Assembly: GCA_943787175.1 (NCBI GenBank)
Contig: CALSLK010000016.1
Location: 34,649-98,648, forward strand
Length of the DNA: 64,000 bases
Reading direction: 5' to 3'
From: an uncultured Alphaproteobacteria bacterium
GTDB taxonomy: Bacteria; Pseudomonadota; Alphaproteobacteria; SP197
Shown here: positions 19,911 to 30,471 of the stretch, one piece after another
How positions within the stretch are numbered: the first letter of the stretch is position 1
Layout of the letters: each line of letters starts with the position of its first letter
Notes under the pieces: model-generated
Database searches by the model: none
Told to the model about the DNA's origin: nothing
Seen by the model: the letters and a program-made list of their open reading frames with translations, nothing else
Translations under genes and position numbers: made by a program

Positions 19911-21239
19911 GTGGATGAATGGGTGATCACAAAACTCGAAACATCAGAAGACCAGGACTTCTGGGATGTTCTCGACAGCCTTCAGGGCAGGCTGGGAGCC
20001 CTGCAGGCCGAAGATTCCTATCATGACCTGCTGCATGAAATTCCGCTGCCGGTCTGGATTGAGGACTGGTCTGCCGTCAAGGCGCGCCTGCAAACCCTGG
20101 ACATTCCGGATCCTGAGGCGTTCGAAGGCTGGCTCAATGCGCGACCCGATTTGCTGCTCGAACTTTATCACTCGATGCCGGTCATCGACACCAATGCAGC
20201 TGCTGTCACCTTTTACGGATTGCAGGAACGCGAGCAACTGATCGACAACGTCATGGCGGAACCGCCTGCAGGATCCCTGGAAGCCTGTTCGCGTTTGATT
20301 GGCGCACTGCTCTCCGGGACCTGGGGACTGGATTGGGTGCTGCCCGCACCACTAGGGCCTAACGGAAGAGAGAGATGGATGCGGGCGTTCTGTTATGTGC
20401 CGCCAGCGTCGCGCGATACCTGGAACCGCGTGGTTTACATCACCCAGGATGTAACCCGACAAAAGCATGCTGAGGACGCTCTTGCGCAGGCAAAGAGCGA
20501 GGCTGATGCAGCCAATCGTTCCAAGAGCGAGTTCCTGGCTAATGTCAGCCACGAACTGCGCACGCCGCTCAATGCAATCGCCGGATATTCGGATCTCTTG
20601 CTTGAAGAAAAGTTTGGGGACCTGGGCCATGAAGCATATCGCGACTATGCACGTGTCATTCGTGACAGTGGCGAGCATCTGCTGGATTTGATCAATGACC
20701 TGCTTGACCTCTCCCGAGTCCAGAGCGGCATGGCGTCGCTGCGCCTTGATTTGGTTGATATGCATAGCGTGATCGACAGCGCGCTGCGTCTGGTCGAAGA
20801 CCGGGCGCAGAGGGGAGGATTGAAGATATCGGTCGTCAAGGCCACGGAGAACATCGAAATCATGGCTGATGAACGAAAGCTGCGTCAGATTTTGATCAAC
20901 CTGCTGGTTAACGCAGTCAAGTTCACGCCAAATGGCGGTGAGATTAAGATCACCTGTGGAATCGACGTGTCTGGAGGCCTGTTGTTGGAAGTGGCCGACA
21001 CCGGCATTGGCATGACCGTCAACGAAGTTGAGATTGCCCTAGAGCGCTTCGGAAGAGTCGACAAGGCTTCAAGCCGCAGCATCGATGGTGCGGGCCTGGG
21101 CCTACCTCTCACCAAGGCCATGGTCGAGCTTCATGGCGGCACGCTTCAATTGCGAAGCCGGTCTGGAGAAGGGACGACGGCGATCGTGATGCTGCCTGCG
21201 GATTGTTCGGACGCTCTCCGGCATATCAATGCGACATGA
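19911..21239 (+). CDS. PAS-domain sensor histidine kinase (PleC/DivJ-like transmitter)
   Basis: H-box FLANVSHELRTPLNAI, N-box NLLVNAVKF, G-boxes DTGIG and GAGLGL. Confidence 0.9.
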   Translation: MDEWVITKLETSEDQDFWDVLDSLQGRLGALQAEDSYHDLLHEIPLPVWIEDWSAVKARLQTLDIPDPEAFEGWLNARPDLLLELYHSMPVIDTNAAAVTFYGLQEREQLIDNVMAEPPAGSLEACSRLIGALLSGTWGLDWVLPAPLGPNGRERWMRAFCYVPPASRDTWNRVVYITQDVTRQKHAEDALAQAKSEADAANRSKSEFLANVSHELRTPLNAIAGYSDLLLEEKFGDLGHEAYRDYARVIRDSGEHLLDLINDLLDLSRVQSGMASLRLDLVDMHSVIDSALRLVEDRAQRGGLKISVVKATENIEIMADERKLRQILINLLVNAVKFTPNGGEIKITCGIDVSGGLLLEVADTGIGMTVNEVEIALERFGRVDKASSRSIDGAGLGLPLTKAMVELHGGTLQLRSRSGEGTTAIVMLPADCSDALRHINAT

Positions 21240-22053
21240 GCACCGGGACCGGCATGTGGTCCATCATGGAACGGGTGACACCGCCCAGGGCGATTTCGCG
21301 AATACGTGCATGACCATAAGCACCCATGATGATGAGCTCCGATTCAAGGTCGGCAGCTGCAGCAAGGATTGTTTCTGACGTGCTGATTTTGCCACTGGGC
21401 CTGTGATGGGCGATGGCTTCAAAGCCGTGCTGCGTGAGATGTGCCGCAATATCAGAGCCCGGCAAGCGGCCCGAACTACCTTCGGCATCGACGCATAAAA
21501 CATCAACGCGGGCGCCTGGCTCCAGGATCATCATGGAGTCATGCAAGGCGCGGCTGGCCTCGCGTGTTGCATTCCAACAGAGCATTGCACGTTGGATGAC
21601 GGTCGTGTGCGTTCTGGTATAGGGAACTGCCAGGGTCGGGCGACCGGAGTTCATGGTAGCGATGGCCGCCAGGTCTTTGGGTGCCCGACCGTCTGAATCA
21701 TCTGGCGAGACCTGACCGAGAATGGCCATGTCGGTATAGCGGGCATGAAAGCCGATCCGATCGGCAGGGTCGCCATCGTCGTCACGCCAGTCACATCTGA
21801 CTCCGCTTTCTGCGGCCTTCTCGCCAAAGCGTTTCCCGGCAGCTTCGCAGGCCTGCTGATAGGCCTCGATCATGCCTTCGACAACGGGCATGGCGCCGCC
21901 AATCGGGGCGACTGGTATGACAACCGGGTAGGGCCGGACATAAAGGCCCGTTACGGTTGCCTCATGCTGCCTGGCAAGCGCCAGGGCGGCGTCTATCGTC
22001 ACGTTGTTGTGGGCATCATCGTTGACATGAACCAGGATACTTCGAAGGGGCAT
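21226..22053 (-). CDS. Universal stress protein (tandem UspA domains)
   Basis: IIMGAYGHARIREIALGGVTRSMMDHMPVPVLMSH. Confidence 0.9.
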   Translation of the reverse strand: MPLRSILVHVNDDAHNNVTIDAALALARQHEATVTGLYVRPYPVVIPVAPIGGAMPVVEGMIEAYQQACEAAGKRFGEKAAESGVRCDWRDDDGDPADRIGFHARYTDMAILGQVSPDDSDGRAPKDLAAIATMNSGRPTLAVPYTRTHTTVIQRAMLCWNATREASRALHDSMMILEPGARVDVLCVDAEGSSGRLPGSDIAAHLTQHGFEAIAHHRPSGKISTSETILAAAADLESELIIMGAYGHARIREIALGGVTRSMMDHMPVPVLMSH

Positions 22054-22256
22054 GGCATCCTCCTGCCGTTTCTATTCAGGTCAGTTTGTACGCGATGTCG
22101 TCTCGCTGCCTTGATTCAGCGCAAACAGGATCCGATTAAGTTGGCATTGGTCGAAGTCGCTCCATATCTCCACAATGAATGCGGTGAGAGGCTTGGTGCC
22201 GATCTGGTTTCCGGGTTAAACCTCAGAGCGTAGTTATGGTTGTGTGGGGCTAGCAG

Positions 22257-22895
22257 ATGGATCCTGCCCTTCTGATCACGGGTGTGATCGTGGGATTTCT
22301 TGTTGCGGCCCCCGTTGGCCCAGTGGCCGTGCTTTGCATGCAGCGCACCCTGTTGGATGGCCGACTTGTGGGCTTTGCGACTGGGCTGGGCGCGGCTCTG
22401 GGCGATACCGTTTTTGGTGGTTTGGCCATCTTCTCCGTGGCTGCCGTGGAGGGATTCCTTCTCGATAACCGCACAGTCATCCAACTTCTGGGCGGGCTGG
22501 TCCTGATTGGATTGGGCGCGCGAACGATCATGGTGCGTAACAGCCGCAAACAGGCCGACAAGGTTGCCGAAGGCTCCATTGATCATGTCACCTTGTTTCA
22601 CGCGCTCGGTTCGGCCTTTGTCATTACGATCGTCAACCCCATCACGATCCTGGCGTTTATCTCGATATTTGCAGCCATCCGTGTTTCCGAAACAGCTGAC
22701 GGCCTCTTGAGTTCGTGGACCGTCATCGGTGGAGTCTTGCTGGGTGCGGCTGCCTGGTGGTTCCTGCTTGTGAGCATCGCCTCGGTGCTGCGCCAACGCT
22801 TTACCGAAAACGGATTGCGTTGGATGAACGGAGTCTCGGGTGCCGTAATTCTCGGATTTGGTGTCTATGCTCTCCTGGCTCTGGCCTGGCGTTGA
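22257..22895 (+). CDS. LysE family translocator
   Basis: AAPVGPVAVLCMQRTL and TIVNPITIL. Confidence 0.85.
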   Translation: MDPALLITGVIVGFLVAAPVGPVAVLCMQRTLLDGRLVGFATGLGAALGDTVFGGLAIFSVAAVEGFLLDNRTVIQLLGGLVLIGLGARTIMVRNSRKQADKVAEGSIDHVTLFHALGSAFVITIVNPITILAFISIFAAIRVSETADGLLSSWTVIGGVLLGAAAWWFLLVSIASVLRQRFTENGLRWMNGVSGAVILGFGVYALLALAWR

Positions 22896-22904
22896 GCAGG
22901 CCGG

Positions 22905-23501
22905 TCACGCAACCAGGGACATAATCTTCTGGCGTAAGTCAGGAACCAGTTCGGCCTCAAACCAGGGGTTGCGTTTAAGCCAACCTGTGTTGCGCCAGGA
23001 TGGATGCGGCAAGGGAAAGTAATGCGGCAAATACTCGCGCCAGTTTGCAACTGTTTCAGTCATGGTCTTCTTGCGTTGCGGACCCAGATAGCGCTTCTGC
23101 GCGTAGGATCCGACAAGAAGGGTCAGGTGGATCTCCTGCATTCGATCAAGCACCTGTGCATGCCAGAGCGGCGCGCATTCCGGTCTGGGTGGAGAATCCC
23201 CGCCGTTCGCGTCGCGCCCGGGATAACAAAAGCCCATCGGTACGATCGCTATATATGCCTCATCGTAAAACGTGGATTTGTTCAGCGAGGTCCAGTCGCG
23301 CAATCTGTCGCCACTTCGATCATCCCAGGGAACGCCACTTTCATGGACTCTTGTTCCAGGCGCCTGACCAATGATCGCCAATCTGGCCGACGGCGAAGCA
23401 CGAACGATCGGCCGCGGCCCCAGAGGAAGATGTTCGGCGCAAACCGTGCATGCGCGAATTTGCGTCAGAATGGCGGCAAAGTCGGTTTTGGTATTGACCA
23501 T
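22905..23501 (-). CDS. Uracil-DNA glycosylase superfamily protein
   Basis: GQAPG, PMGFCYPG, LPHPSWRN. Confidence 0.85.
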   Translation of the reverse strand: MVNTKTDFAAILTQIRACTVCAEHLPLGPRPIVRASPSARLAIIGQAPGTRVHESGVPWDDRSGDRLRDWTSLNKSTFYDEAYIAIVPMGFCYPGRDANGGDSPPRPECAPLWHAQVLDRMQEIHLTLLVGSYAQKRYLGPQRKKTMTETVANWREYLPHYFPLPHPSWRNTGWLKRNPWFEAELVPDLRQKIMSLVA

Positions 23502-23515
23502 GGTTCAACACTCTC

Positions 23516-24412
23516 ATGATGAATGAAGCCGGTGGCAACCCCATGCAAGAAGTCCCTGGTATCCTCTTGGAAGTGCTGGCACGGATCGGTCGTGAGGGCC
23601 GGGACATTCAGGAAGTCAGGCAGCTGAAAGGAACCGGTAACAAGAGCCATATGGTGTCATTTTCTGATGATCGCATTGTGGTGCGGTTCGAAGGCAATGA
23701 AACCGGCGGCTTGGTCGACCGTGAACTTGAACATCGACACGGGCAACTTGCTGCTCGACAGGGGCTGGGTCCAGAAATTCTGTATGTGGATCGTGCCGAA
23801 GGGATTCTGATTACCCGATTTGTTGACGGTATCCGTTTCGATGATCTGCCCAGACCGTTTGCCCGCGCCTCACTTGGTCGCCTGGCAAAACTGATTGCAA
23901 AGCTACAGGCGTCTGATGGTTTTTCAGGAGTGATGGATCCCTGGAAGAAGGTTGCCCTTTATCTTGATGATGCCGAGGTGACTGATCCCGGAGATGCGCG
24001 CGGTTTTGGGTCGGTCTGGCCTTTGCTTGAGATTTTGCGAGAGAAGACAGCCATTGATCTCAATGATCTTGTCCCCTGCCATATCGACCCGGTGGCTGAG
24101 AACCTTTTTGATCGCGAACAGGGTGCCATATTGCTCGACTGGGAGTACGCAGCGCGCAGTCATCGACTTTGGGATCTCGCATACTTCGCCAGCGAGGCGT
24201 CGTTAACCGACAGTGAGTGCGCCACATTGCTCGAGGAATCCGGACAAGGCGAAAGACTGAATGAACTGCATCTCTGGATCGCCGTGGCAAAATCGGTATC
24301 GTTCGCCTGGTGTCTGGCACGCAGAGCCAGAGCTTCCGCGGAGCGTGAAACATGGGATATGGCCCTTGTCGAACGCCGTATAGACCTGCAACGCTGCCTG
24401 AATTCACATTGA
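23516..24412 (+). CDS. Choline/ethanolamine kinase-like phosphotransferase
   Basis: VPCHID(P) Brenner-like motif and LLDWEYA. Confidence 0.75.
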   Translation: MMNEAGGNPMQEVPGILLEVLARIGREGRDIQEVRQLKGTGNKSHMVSFSDDRIVVRFEGNETGGLVDRELEHRHGQLAARQGLGPEILYVDRAEGILITRFVDGIRFDDLPRPFARASLGRLAKLIAKLQASDGFSGVMDPWKKVALYLDDAEVTDPGDARGFGSVWPLLEILREKTAIDLNDLVPCHIDPVAENLFDREQGAILLDWEYAARSHRLWDLAYFASEASLTDSECATLLEESGQGERLNELHLWIAVAKSVSFAWCLARRARASAERETWDMALVERRIDLQRCLNSH

Positions 24413-24453
24413 TATCTGACAGGCTGTGGAAGCCGTTTTGGAAGGACGAGGAA

Positions 24454-25230
24454 ATGCCTGACTGGTCACAGATCAAGGGCCTGCTTTTTGACAAGGATGG
24501 GACCTTGATCGATTTCTTTGCAACGTGGATTCCTGCGTATTGCATGGCTGCTGACAGGATTGCCCAACAGGCAGGCAAGCCGGATGCGGCCAACGCTATG
24601 CTCCTGGCGACGGGATACAACAGGCCTGAGGATTATCTTCGGCCGGACTCGGCGCTTGCCGGGGGGACCAATCAGGAATTGATCGACATCTGGCGCAAGG
24701 TTCTGGGCACTGTGGCGCCCGAGAACATGGAAGCCATTGCCTTGGCAACCTTTACCGAACACGCAGCCCATGAGGTTTTGCCGACCGCAGATATGCCGAT
24801 GCTCTGCGGTCGGTTACGCGAAAAGGGATTCACGCTGGGCATTGCCACCAATGATGACCTGGAAACGGCAAGCTGGACGGCGGACTATCTCAAGATATCT
24901 CACCATATGGCGTTCGTGACCGGCGCTGACGCCGGACATGGAGGCAAGCCAGGCCCTGGAATGGGATTGGCATTCTGCGCTGAAACAGGTTTGTCACCGC
25001 ACGAGGTTGCGATGGTGGGTGATTCGGCCGCTGATTCACAAATGGCCCGGGCCGCTGGCTTTGGTGCGGCGATCGGCGTCTGTACGGGCGCAGCGCCTGA
25101 AGAAGTGCTGCGCCCGCATTTTGACGTCGTCCTCGACAGCGTGGCCTTGCTGCCTAATCTTCTCTGGAACGAGATGCTCTCGCAGGATTACTGCGTGAAG
25201 AGTGAAAGCGCTTCTTCCAGCTTCTCCTGA
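24454..25230 (+). CDS. HAD family hydrolase
   Basis: LLFDKDGTLID, GIATND, GKP, MVGDSAAD. Confidence 0.85.
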   Translation: MPDWSQIKGLLFDKDGTLIDFFATWIPAYCMAADRIAQQAGKPDAANAMLLATGYNRPEDYLRPDSALAGGTNQELIDIWRKVLGTVAPENMEAIALATFTEHAAHEVLPTADMPMLCGRLREKGFTLGIATNDDLETASWTADYLKISHHMAFVTGADAGHGGKPGPGMGLAFCAETGLSPHEVAMVGDSAADSQMARAAGFGAAIGVCTGAAPEEVLRPHFDVVLDSVALLPNLLWNEMLSQDYCVKSESASSSFS

Positions 25231-25436
25231 CAGGCCGCGTCGTCGCCGGTGGCGAGGAGATCCTGGCCATCGTTGCGAAGCGTGATGATCTCTCCTTCGA
25301 CCTCTTCGTTCATCGAGTCACCTGCTGTTGCCAGCTTGCTGTTCACATCGATGATGAGATCAGGGCAGGTCACGGCAAAGGCCGGCGTTGCAAAGAAGGT
25401 GGCGAGAGTAGCAGCGAGAATGATGCGAGTTTTCAT
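25188..25436 (-). CDS. Small secreted hypothetical protein (two Cys)
   Basis: Signal peptide MKTRIILAATLATFFATPAFA followed by a helical domain. Confidence 0.65.
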   Translation of the reverse strand: MKTRIILAATLATFFATPAFAVTCPDLIIDVNSKLATAGDSMNEEVEGEIITLRNDGQDLLATGDDAACQEKLEEALSLFTQ

Positions 25437-25615
25437 GGGTTGGTACCCCTAGTGGTTGGATGGACGTTCCCCCAATCAAGTCAATCTGTTGGGCTATGGT
25501 CGCTAACGCAAGATTGTAAATAGTATTTCACATCACTGCGGGTTGAATTCACCTGTGCGCGCCGTCACGATGCGGCCAGATTCATTCAATTGCAGTGACG
25601 TTTTGGGAGACCACC

Positions 25616-26725
25616 ATGAAAACTCGTGCCGCAGTAGCGCACAAAGCCGGTGCGCCGTTGACCATCGAAGAAGTTGATCTGGACGGGCCGCGAGAAGGCG
25701 AGGTGCTGGTTGAGGTCAAGGCGACCGGTATCTGTCACACCGATGCTTTCACCCTGTCGGGTGATGATCCGGAGGGAATCTTTCCCGCAATTCTTGGCCA
25801 TGAAGGTGCCGGCGTTGTGGTCGATGTCGGCCCGAACGTGACCAGCTTGAAGAAGGGCGACCACGTCATCCCTCTTTACACGCCTGAATGTCGTCAGTGC
25901 GAATACTGCACGTCAGGCAAGACCAATCTTTGTCAGGCCATTCGCGTGACGCAGGGACAGGGCCTGATGCCGGATGGATCCAGCCGGTTCTCCATCGGCG
26001 GTGAGAAGATCTTCCACTACATGGGCACCTCGACCTTTGCCAACCACACGGTGGTGCCAGAGATCGCGTTGGCCAAGGTTCGCCAGGACGCTCCGTTCGA
26101 CAAGATCTGCTACATCGGTTGCGGTGTCACGACCGGCATTGGTGCCGTGATCAACACAGCCAAGGTGGAGCCCGGCGCAAACTGCGTCGTCTTTGGTCTT
26201 GGCGGTATTGGCCTCAACGTGCTGCAGGGTTTGCGCATGGCCGGTGTGGACATGATCGTGGGCGTGGACCTCAATCCCGCCCGCAAGGAGATGGGCGAGA
26301 AGTTCGGCATGACCCATTTCGTGAACCCCAAGGACGTTGAGGGCGACCTGGTGCCTTACCTGGTGGAATTGACCAAGGGTGGCGCCGATTACAGCTTTGA
26401 ATGCATTGGTAACGTCAACACCATGCGTCAGGCCCTGGAGTGCGCTCACAAGGGATGGGGTGAATCGATCATCATCGGTGTCGCTGCCGCAGGCGCCGAG
26501 ATTTCGACGCGCCCGTTCCAGCTCGTAACCGGTCGTTCATGGCGCGGCACGGCCTTTGGCGGTGCCAAGGGACGCACGGATGTGCCAAAGATCGTGGATT
26601 GGTACATGGACGGAAAGATCAACATCGACGACATGATCACCCACACCATGCCGCTGGAAGACATCAACAAGGGCTTCGACCTGATGCATGAAGGCAAGTC
26701 TATCCGCAGTGTGGTGGTGTTCTGA
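25616..26725 (+). CDS. frmA: S-(hydroxymethyl)glutathione dehydrogenase / class III ADH
   Basis: GICHTD, GHEGAG, CRQCEYC zinc site, RPFQLVTGR. Confidence 0.95.
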   Translation: MKTRAAVAHKAGAPLTIEEVDLDGPREGEVLVEVKATGICHTDAFTLSGDDPEGIFPAILGHEGAGVVVDVGPNVTSLKKGDHVIPLYTPECRQCEYCTSGKTNLCQAIRVTQGQGLMPDGSSRFSIGGEKIFHYMGTSTFANHTVVPEIALAKVRQDAPFDKICYIGCGVTTGIGAVINTAKVEPGANCVVFGLGGIGLNVLQGLRMAGVDMIVGVDLNPARKEMGEKFGMTHFVNPKDVEGDLVPYLVELTKGGADYSFECIGNVNTMRQALECAHKGWGESIIIGVAAAGAEISTRPFQLVTGRSWRGTAFGGAKGRTDVPKIVDWYMDGKINIDDMITHTMPLEDINKGFDLMHEGKSIRSVVVF

Positions 26726-26727
26726 TC

Positions 26728-27570
26728 GTGGGTGCACTCGAAACGATTTCCGAGAACAGCTGTTTTGGTGGAACGCAGGGGATCTATCGGCATGAGTCGA
26801 CAGAGATCGGGTTGCCGATGCGGTTTGCTGTTTATCGCCCTGCGCAAGCCGATGATGGCCCGGTGCCTGTGCTGTTCTACCTCTCCGGTCTGACCTGTAC
26901 GGAAGAGAACTTCACGATCAAGGCTGGCGCGCAGCGCCTTGCTGCAGAGTATGGGTTTCTCATCGTTGCCCCTGATACCAGCCCGCGCGAAACCGGTATT
27001 CCCGGTGAAGGTGACGATTGGGCATTTGGAACAGGTGCCGGATTCTATCTGGATGCCACGGCTGAACCGTGGTCGCGCCATTACCGGATGGAAAGTTACA
27101 TCGTCAGCGAACTGCCAGACCTGATCGCCGCCAACTTTGCGGTCAACAGGGATCGCATGGGCGTATTCGGCCATTCCATGGGGGGGCACGGTGCCTTGAG
27201 TCTGGCACTGAAGAATCCCGGCCTGTTCAAGTCGGTGTCGGCCTTTGCGCCGATGAACACGTTGATGGGTTGTGAACCTGGTGTGAACGCTTTGACCGGT
27301 TATCTGGGGCAGGATCGTGAAGCCTGGCGGCAATACGATGTGGTCGATCTGATCGAGAGTGGCCATCGCTGTCCGTCCATTCTGGTCGATCAGGGCACCG
27401 TCGACGAGTTCCTGCCCAACCTGCAACCCGCAAAGCTGCAACAGGCCTGCGAGGCCGCAGGGCAACCTTTGGAACTCAACATGCGGGAAGGCTACGACCA
27501 TAGTTACTGGTTCGTGCAGACCTTCATGGCTGATCACTTCCGCCACCACGCTGCTGCCCTTTGCGCCTGA
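26728..27570 (+). CDS. fghA: S-formylglutathione hydrolase
   Basis: LSGLTCTEENF, GHSMGGHG, GYDHSYWF; follows frmA. Confidence 0.9.
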   Translation: MGALETISENSCFGGTQGIYRHESTEIGLPMRFAVYRPAQADDGPVPVLFYLSGLTCTEENFTIKAGAQRLAAEYGFLIVAPDTSPRETGIPGEGDDWAFGTGAGFYLDATAEPWSRHYRMESYIVSELPDLIAANFAVNRDRMGVFGHSMGGHGALSLALKNPGLFKSVSAFAPMNTLMGCEPGVNALTGYLGQDREAWRQYDVVDLIESGHRCPSILVDQGTVDEFLPNLQPAKLQQACEAAGQPLELNMREGYDHSYWFVQTFMADHFRHHAAALCA

Positions 27571-28538
27571 CCTTCAAACGGCTGGCGGCTTTGTTTTTAG
27601 GCTGTCTGCTGACGGCGTGCTCGATCGCAGCACCTGACGGCAAGACCATCACGATCTCCAGCGAAAGTCCGCGCTTTATCGGTGAACTGCTGGCTGGTGG
27701 GGATCTTCCGGCACAACAGATCACCGGAACGCTGATCGTGCCGCAATCACCGCCGCCATGGCCGGCTGTGGTCATGCTTCACAGCGCTTCGGGGCAGGGA
27801 GCGATCGATTGGTCCTATGCAGAACTCCTGATGAGCGCCGGTTATGTGGTTCTGGCCGTCGATAGTTTTTCGCAGCGGGGCGTCTATCGAACAGTTGATG
27901 ATCAGACTCGCGTCAGCGGAGCGGCCATGGTGCTTGATGCCTATGCGGCACGTGACATTCTGGCTGCCGACCCGCGTGTCGACCCTGAGCGGATCGCTGT
28001 TCTGGGGTATTCGAAAGGCGGTATCGCCGCGCTCTATTCGGCTTTTGAACGGGTCCGTGCAGCAGCCGGAGCAGCCCCGTTCGCAGCGCATGTTGCACAT
28101 TATCCATGGTGTGGCATGCGGTTGTTGGACCCCAAAACAACAGGTGGACCCATCCTGTTGCAGATCGGTGATTCAGACAGTGTTACGCCTCTGGCATTCT
28201 GTGAGACTTTGATCGAGGAGGTCGAGGCGATCGATTCCAATGCGGATGTCACCGTGGTGGTCTACCCGGGTGCGCGCCATGCCTTCGATCACCCGGCCCT
28301 GTCCGTGCTGGGGTGGGTGCCAATTTCCGGCATGATCCCCGGTGATTGCCTGATCCAGGAGCAGGCCGACGGACGGTTTGTTGAAGTGACAACCGGAATG
28401 ATCTCAACAGGAGAAAACCTGGGAGAGGTTCTGACCGCCTGTGGTCGCAGCGCTGCAGAGGCCGGCGGTGATGTGGAAGCTGCACAATCTGCGCGCCAGC
28501 GTTTGCTGGAGTTTTTGGATGACACAATTGGTGGTTAG
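27561..28538 (+). CDS. Dienelactone hydrolase family protein, probably lipoprotein
   Basis: GYSKGG nucleophile loop and YPGARHAFD; lipobox-like LLTAC. Confidence 0.75.
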   Translation: MRLTFKRLAALFLGCLLTACSIAAPDGKTITISSESPRFIGELLAGGDLPAQQITGTLIVPQSPPPWPAVVMLHSASGQGAIDWSYAELLMSAGYVVLAVDSFSQRGVYRTVDDQTRVSGAAMVLDAYAARDILAADPRVDPERIAVLGYSKGGIAALYSAFERVRAAAGAAPFAAHVAHYPWCGMRLLDPKTTGGPILLQIGDSDSVTPLAFCETLIEEVEAIDSNADVTVVVYPGARHAFDHPALSVLGWVPISGMIPGDCLIQEQADGRFVEVTTGMISTGENLGEVLTACGRSAAEAGGDVEAAQSARQRLLEFLDDTIGG

Positions 28539-28557
28539 CCGCCCCGTGACCTAACAC

Positions 28558-28586
28558 CTTGAAACAGGTGTATAATCTGACCATAT
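28558..28586 (+). promoter_or_regulatory. RpoH (sigma32)-type promoter
   Basis: CTTGAA-N17-CCATAT upstream of the small heat-shock gene. Confidence 0.6.
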
Positions 28587-28592
28587 GAGGAT

Positions 28593-28707
28593 TACCGGCG
28601 CCCTTTGGGCCGGTTCGGATGGTTATGTCTTGAACAGGCCCGTTTGGCTGTTCTGCTTGCCAGCCGGTGTCACCAGTCTGCTCGCTCGGCAGAGGAGAAA
28701 AGGCATG
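28593..28707 (+). ncRNA. ROSE-like RNA thermometer in the ibpA 5' UTR
   Basis: Final hairpin CUC(G)CUC-GGCA-GAGGAG pairs UCGCU (28682-86) with the SD sequence, with a bulged G. Upstream hairpins ACCGG..CCGGT and GGCTG..CAGCC. Confidence 0.65.
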
Positions 28708-29169
28708 GCACGAGTCGCCACGTTCGATAGCCCACTTATGCTGGGATTTGATCGTTTCGAGCGTATGCTCGAACAGATCGCAAAGTCGTCGAACGACGGT
28801 TATCCGCCCTACAACATCGAACAGACCGGTGAACATGGCTTGCGTATCACGCTCGCTGTAGCCGGGTTTTCCATGGATGACCTCAACGTCACCATCGAGA
28901 ACAACCAACTGGTCATTCAGGGCAAGCAGGATGATGGCGGCGAGGGACGTGTTTTTCTCCATCGCGGTATTGCAGCACGACAGTTTGTGAAGACGTTTGT
29001 CCTTGCAGAAGGGATCGAGACGCTTGATGCGACTCTCGAGTCCGGACTTCTGCATATTGATCTTGAACGTCCGGTTCCGGAGGTTCTCCGGCGGACCATC
29101 AAGATCAAAGATGCAGACAAGGCAGGTGAACAAACACGTGTCATCGATGCCACGGCCGAAAAGGTATGA
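28705..29169 (+). CDS. ibpA: Small heat shock protein (Hsp20/IbpA)
   Basis: YPPYNIEQ, LAVAGFS, LHRGIAARQF. Confidence 0.9.
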   Translation: MARVATFDSPLMLGFDRFERMLEQIAKSSNDGYPPYNIEQTGEHGLRITLAVAGFSMDDLNVTIENNQLVIQGKQDDGGEGRVFLHRGIAARQFVKTFVLAEGIETLDATLESGLLHIDLERPVPEVLRRTIKIKDADKAGEQTRVIDATAEKV

Positions 29170-29208
29170 CGCAACCGGCACGCCTTTACGGGTGCGGGAG
29201 TAGAAAAA

Positions 29209-29439
29209 ATGCAGAATCTTGAAGACGATCGCCAGAATCTGGCCAATACGCTGACACCTGAAGCTTTCGCCAATATGGGCGGTCCCCAATTGGCCTATAT
29301 CGGCCCGGTCAGCACCGAGCAGGGCGAGGGATTTGGCGTCCACGCCGCCAATGGAAACCTGCTTGCTGTGCTTGCTTCGCGTGATCTTGCATTTGCTGCC
29401 GCACGGCAGCATGAACTGGAGCCCGTCAGCGTTCAGTAA
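29209..29439 (+). CDS. DUF1150 family protein
   Basis: LAYIGPV...VHAANGNLLAV...ELEPVSVQ; usual position downstream of ibpA. Confidence 0.75.
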   Translation: MQNLEDDRQNLANTLTPEAFANMGGPQLAYIGPVSTEQGEGFGVHAANGNLLAVLASRDLAFAAARQHELEPVSVQ

Positions 29440-29556
29440 CAGCCAATCTTGTTTCGCCCGGATTCACAGCCGATAGTGCCGCCCTCGCAGAAGGGCGGAC
29501 ATAATGGCGCTAACAAGCGTTTGGAATGAATGTGCTGACCCTACCTCTCGATTGGT

Positions 29557-30417
29557 GTGGTCGTGAAGGACCGTCCGATCATTGGCATTGCTTACGCTAA
29601 TGCGGCGATGCTTGCCTATGCAATCCATGACAGCAGCATCAAGGCGCTCTCTTCGAGTTTCCCGGTGCTGCAGTCACAGTTCACACGTGCGGTCATCATT
29701 TTTGCCGTTGCCATGGCCTGGCTCTATCTGTCGGGTCGCAGTCACCTTGTGCGCCCACGTCGACCAGGTCTGATCGCTTTTCGTGGGTTTTCCGGGCTTG
29801 TCGGCTTCGGTCTCTATTTTCTGGGCCTGGCCCATCTGCCGCTCGTCGATACCTATGCCCTGTTTCTGACGGGGCCAATCATGATTGCCCTACTGGGCAC
29901 CATCATCCTGAAGGAAAAACTCAGTCGACGGGGCTGGTTTGCTCTGTTTCTTGGGTTCGCTGGCGTCCTGATACTGTTGCGCCCTGGCTTTGGAAGCTTC
30001 TCCATCTGGAGCATCACCATCCTGGGCGCGGCAGCTATCTATGCACTTTCCATGGTCGCCACCCGGGAGATGACGCGGACCGATTCCAGCCTGACGATTG
30101 TCGGCTGGGCCGCCAGCCTGAGTGTGATCGTGTTGCTGCCGATCCAGCCATTCATCTGGGTGACGCCTGATGCGAGCGAGTTTCTTCTGCTCGCGGGTTT
30201 GGGCGTCACAGCCATGATCGCGCAAACCCTGACCGCCCAGGCCTATGCGCATGCGCCAACTGGAATCATTGCGCCCTTTGACTATGTTGCTCTTCTCTAT
30301 ATCGGCCTTATCAGCTGGCTGGTTTTCGATCAGTTGCCAGACATGTTCACGGTTGTCGGCGCAACATTGCTCGTTACGAGCGGAATCCTGATTCTGCGCG
30401 AAGCACAGACACGCTGA
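29557..30417 (+). CDS. DMT/EamA family transporter
   Basis: Multi-TM; APFDYVAL motif. Confidence 0.85.
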   Translation: MVVKDRPIIGIAYANAAMLAYAIHDSSIKALSSSFPVLQSQFTRAVIIFAVAMAWLYLSGRSHLVRPRRPGLIAFRGFSGLVGFGLYFLGLAHLPLVDTYALFLTGPIMIALLGTIILKEKLSRRGWFALFLGFAGVLILLRPGFGSFSIWSITILGAAAIYALSMVATREMTRTDSSLTIVGWAASLSVIVLLPIQPFIWVTPDASEFLLLAGLGVTAMIAQTLTAQAYAHAPTGIIAPFDYVALLYIGLISWLVFDQLPDMFTVVGATLLVTSGILILREAQTR

Positions 30418-30471
30418 CCACTCTCCCCGAATCTCCTTGCCAGCTATCACCGCGTCCTCTACCCGGCATAC

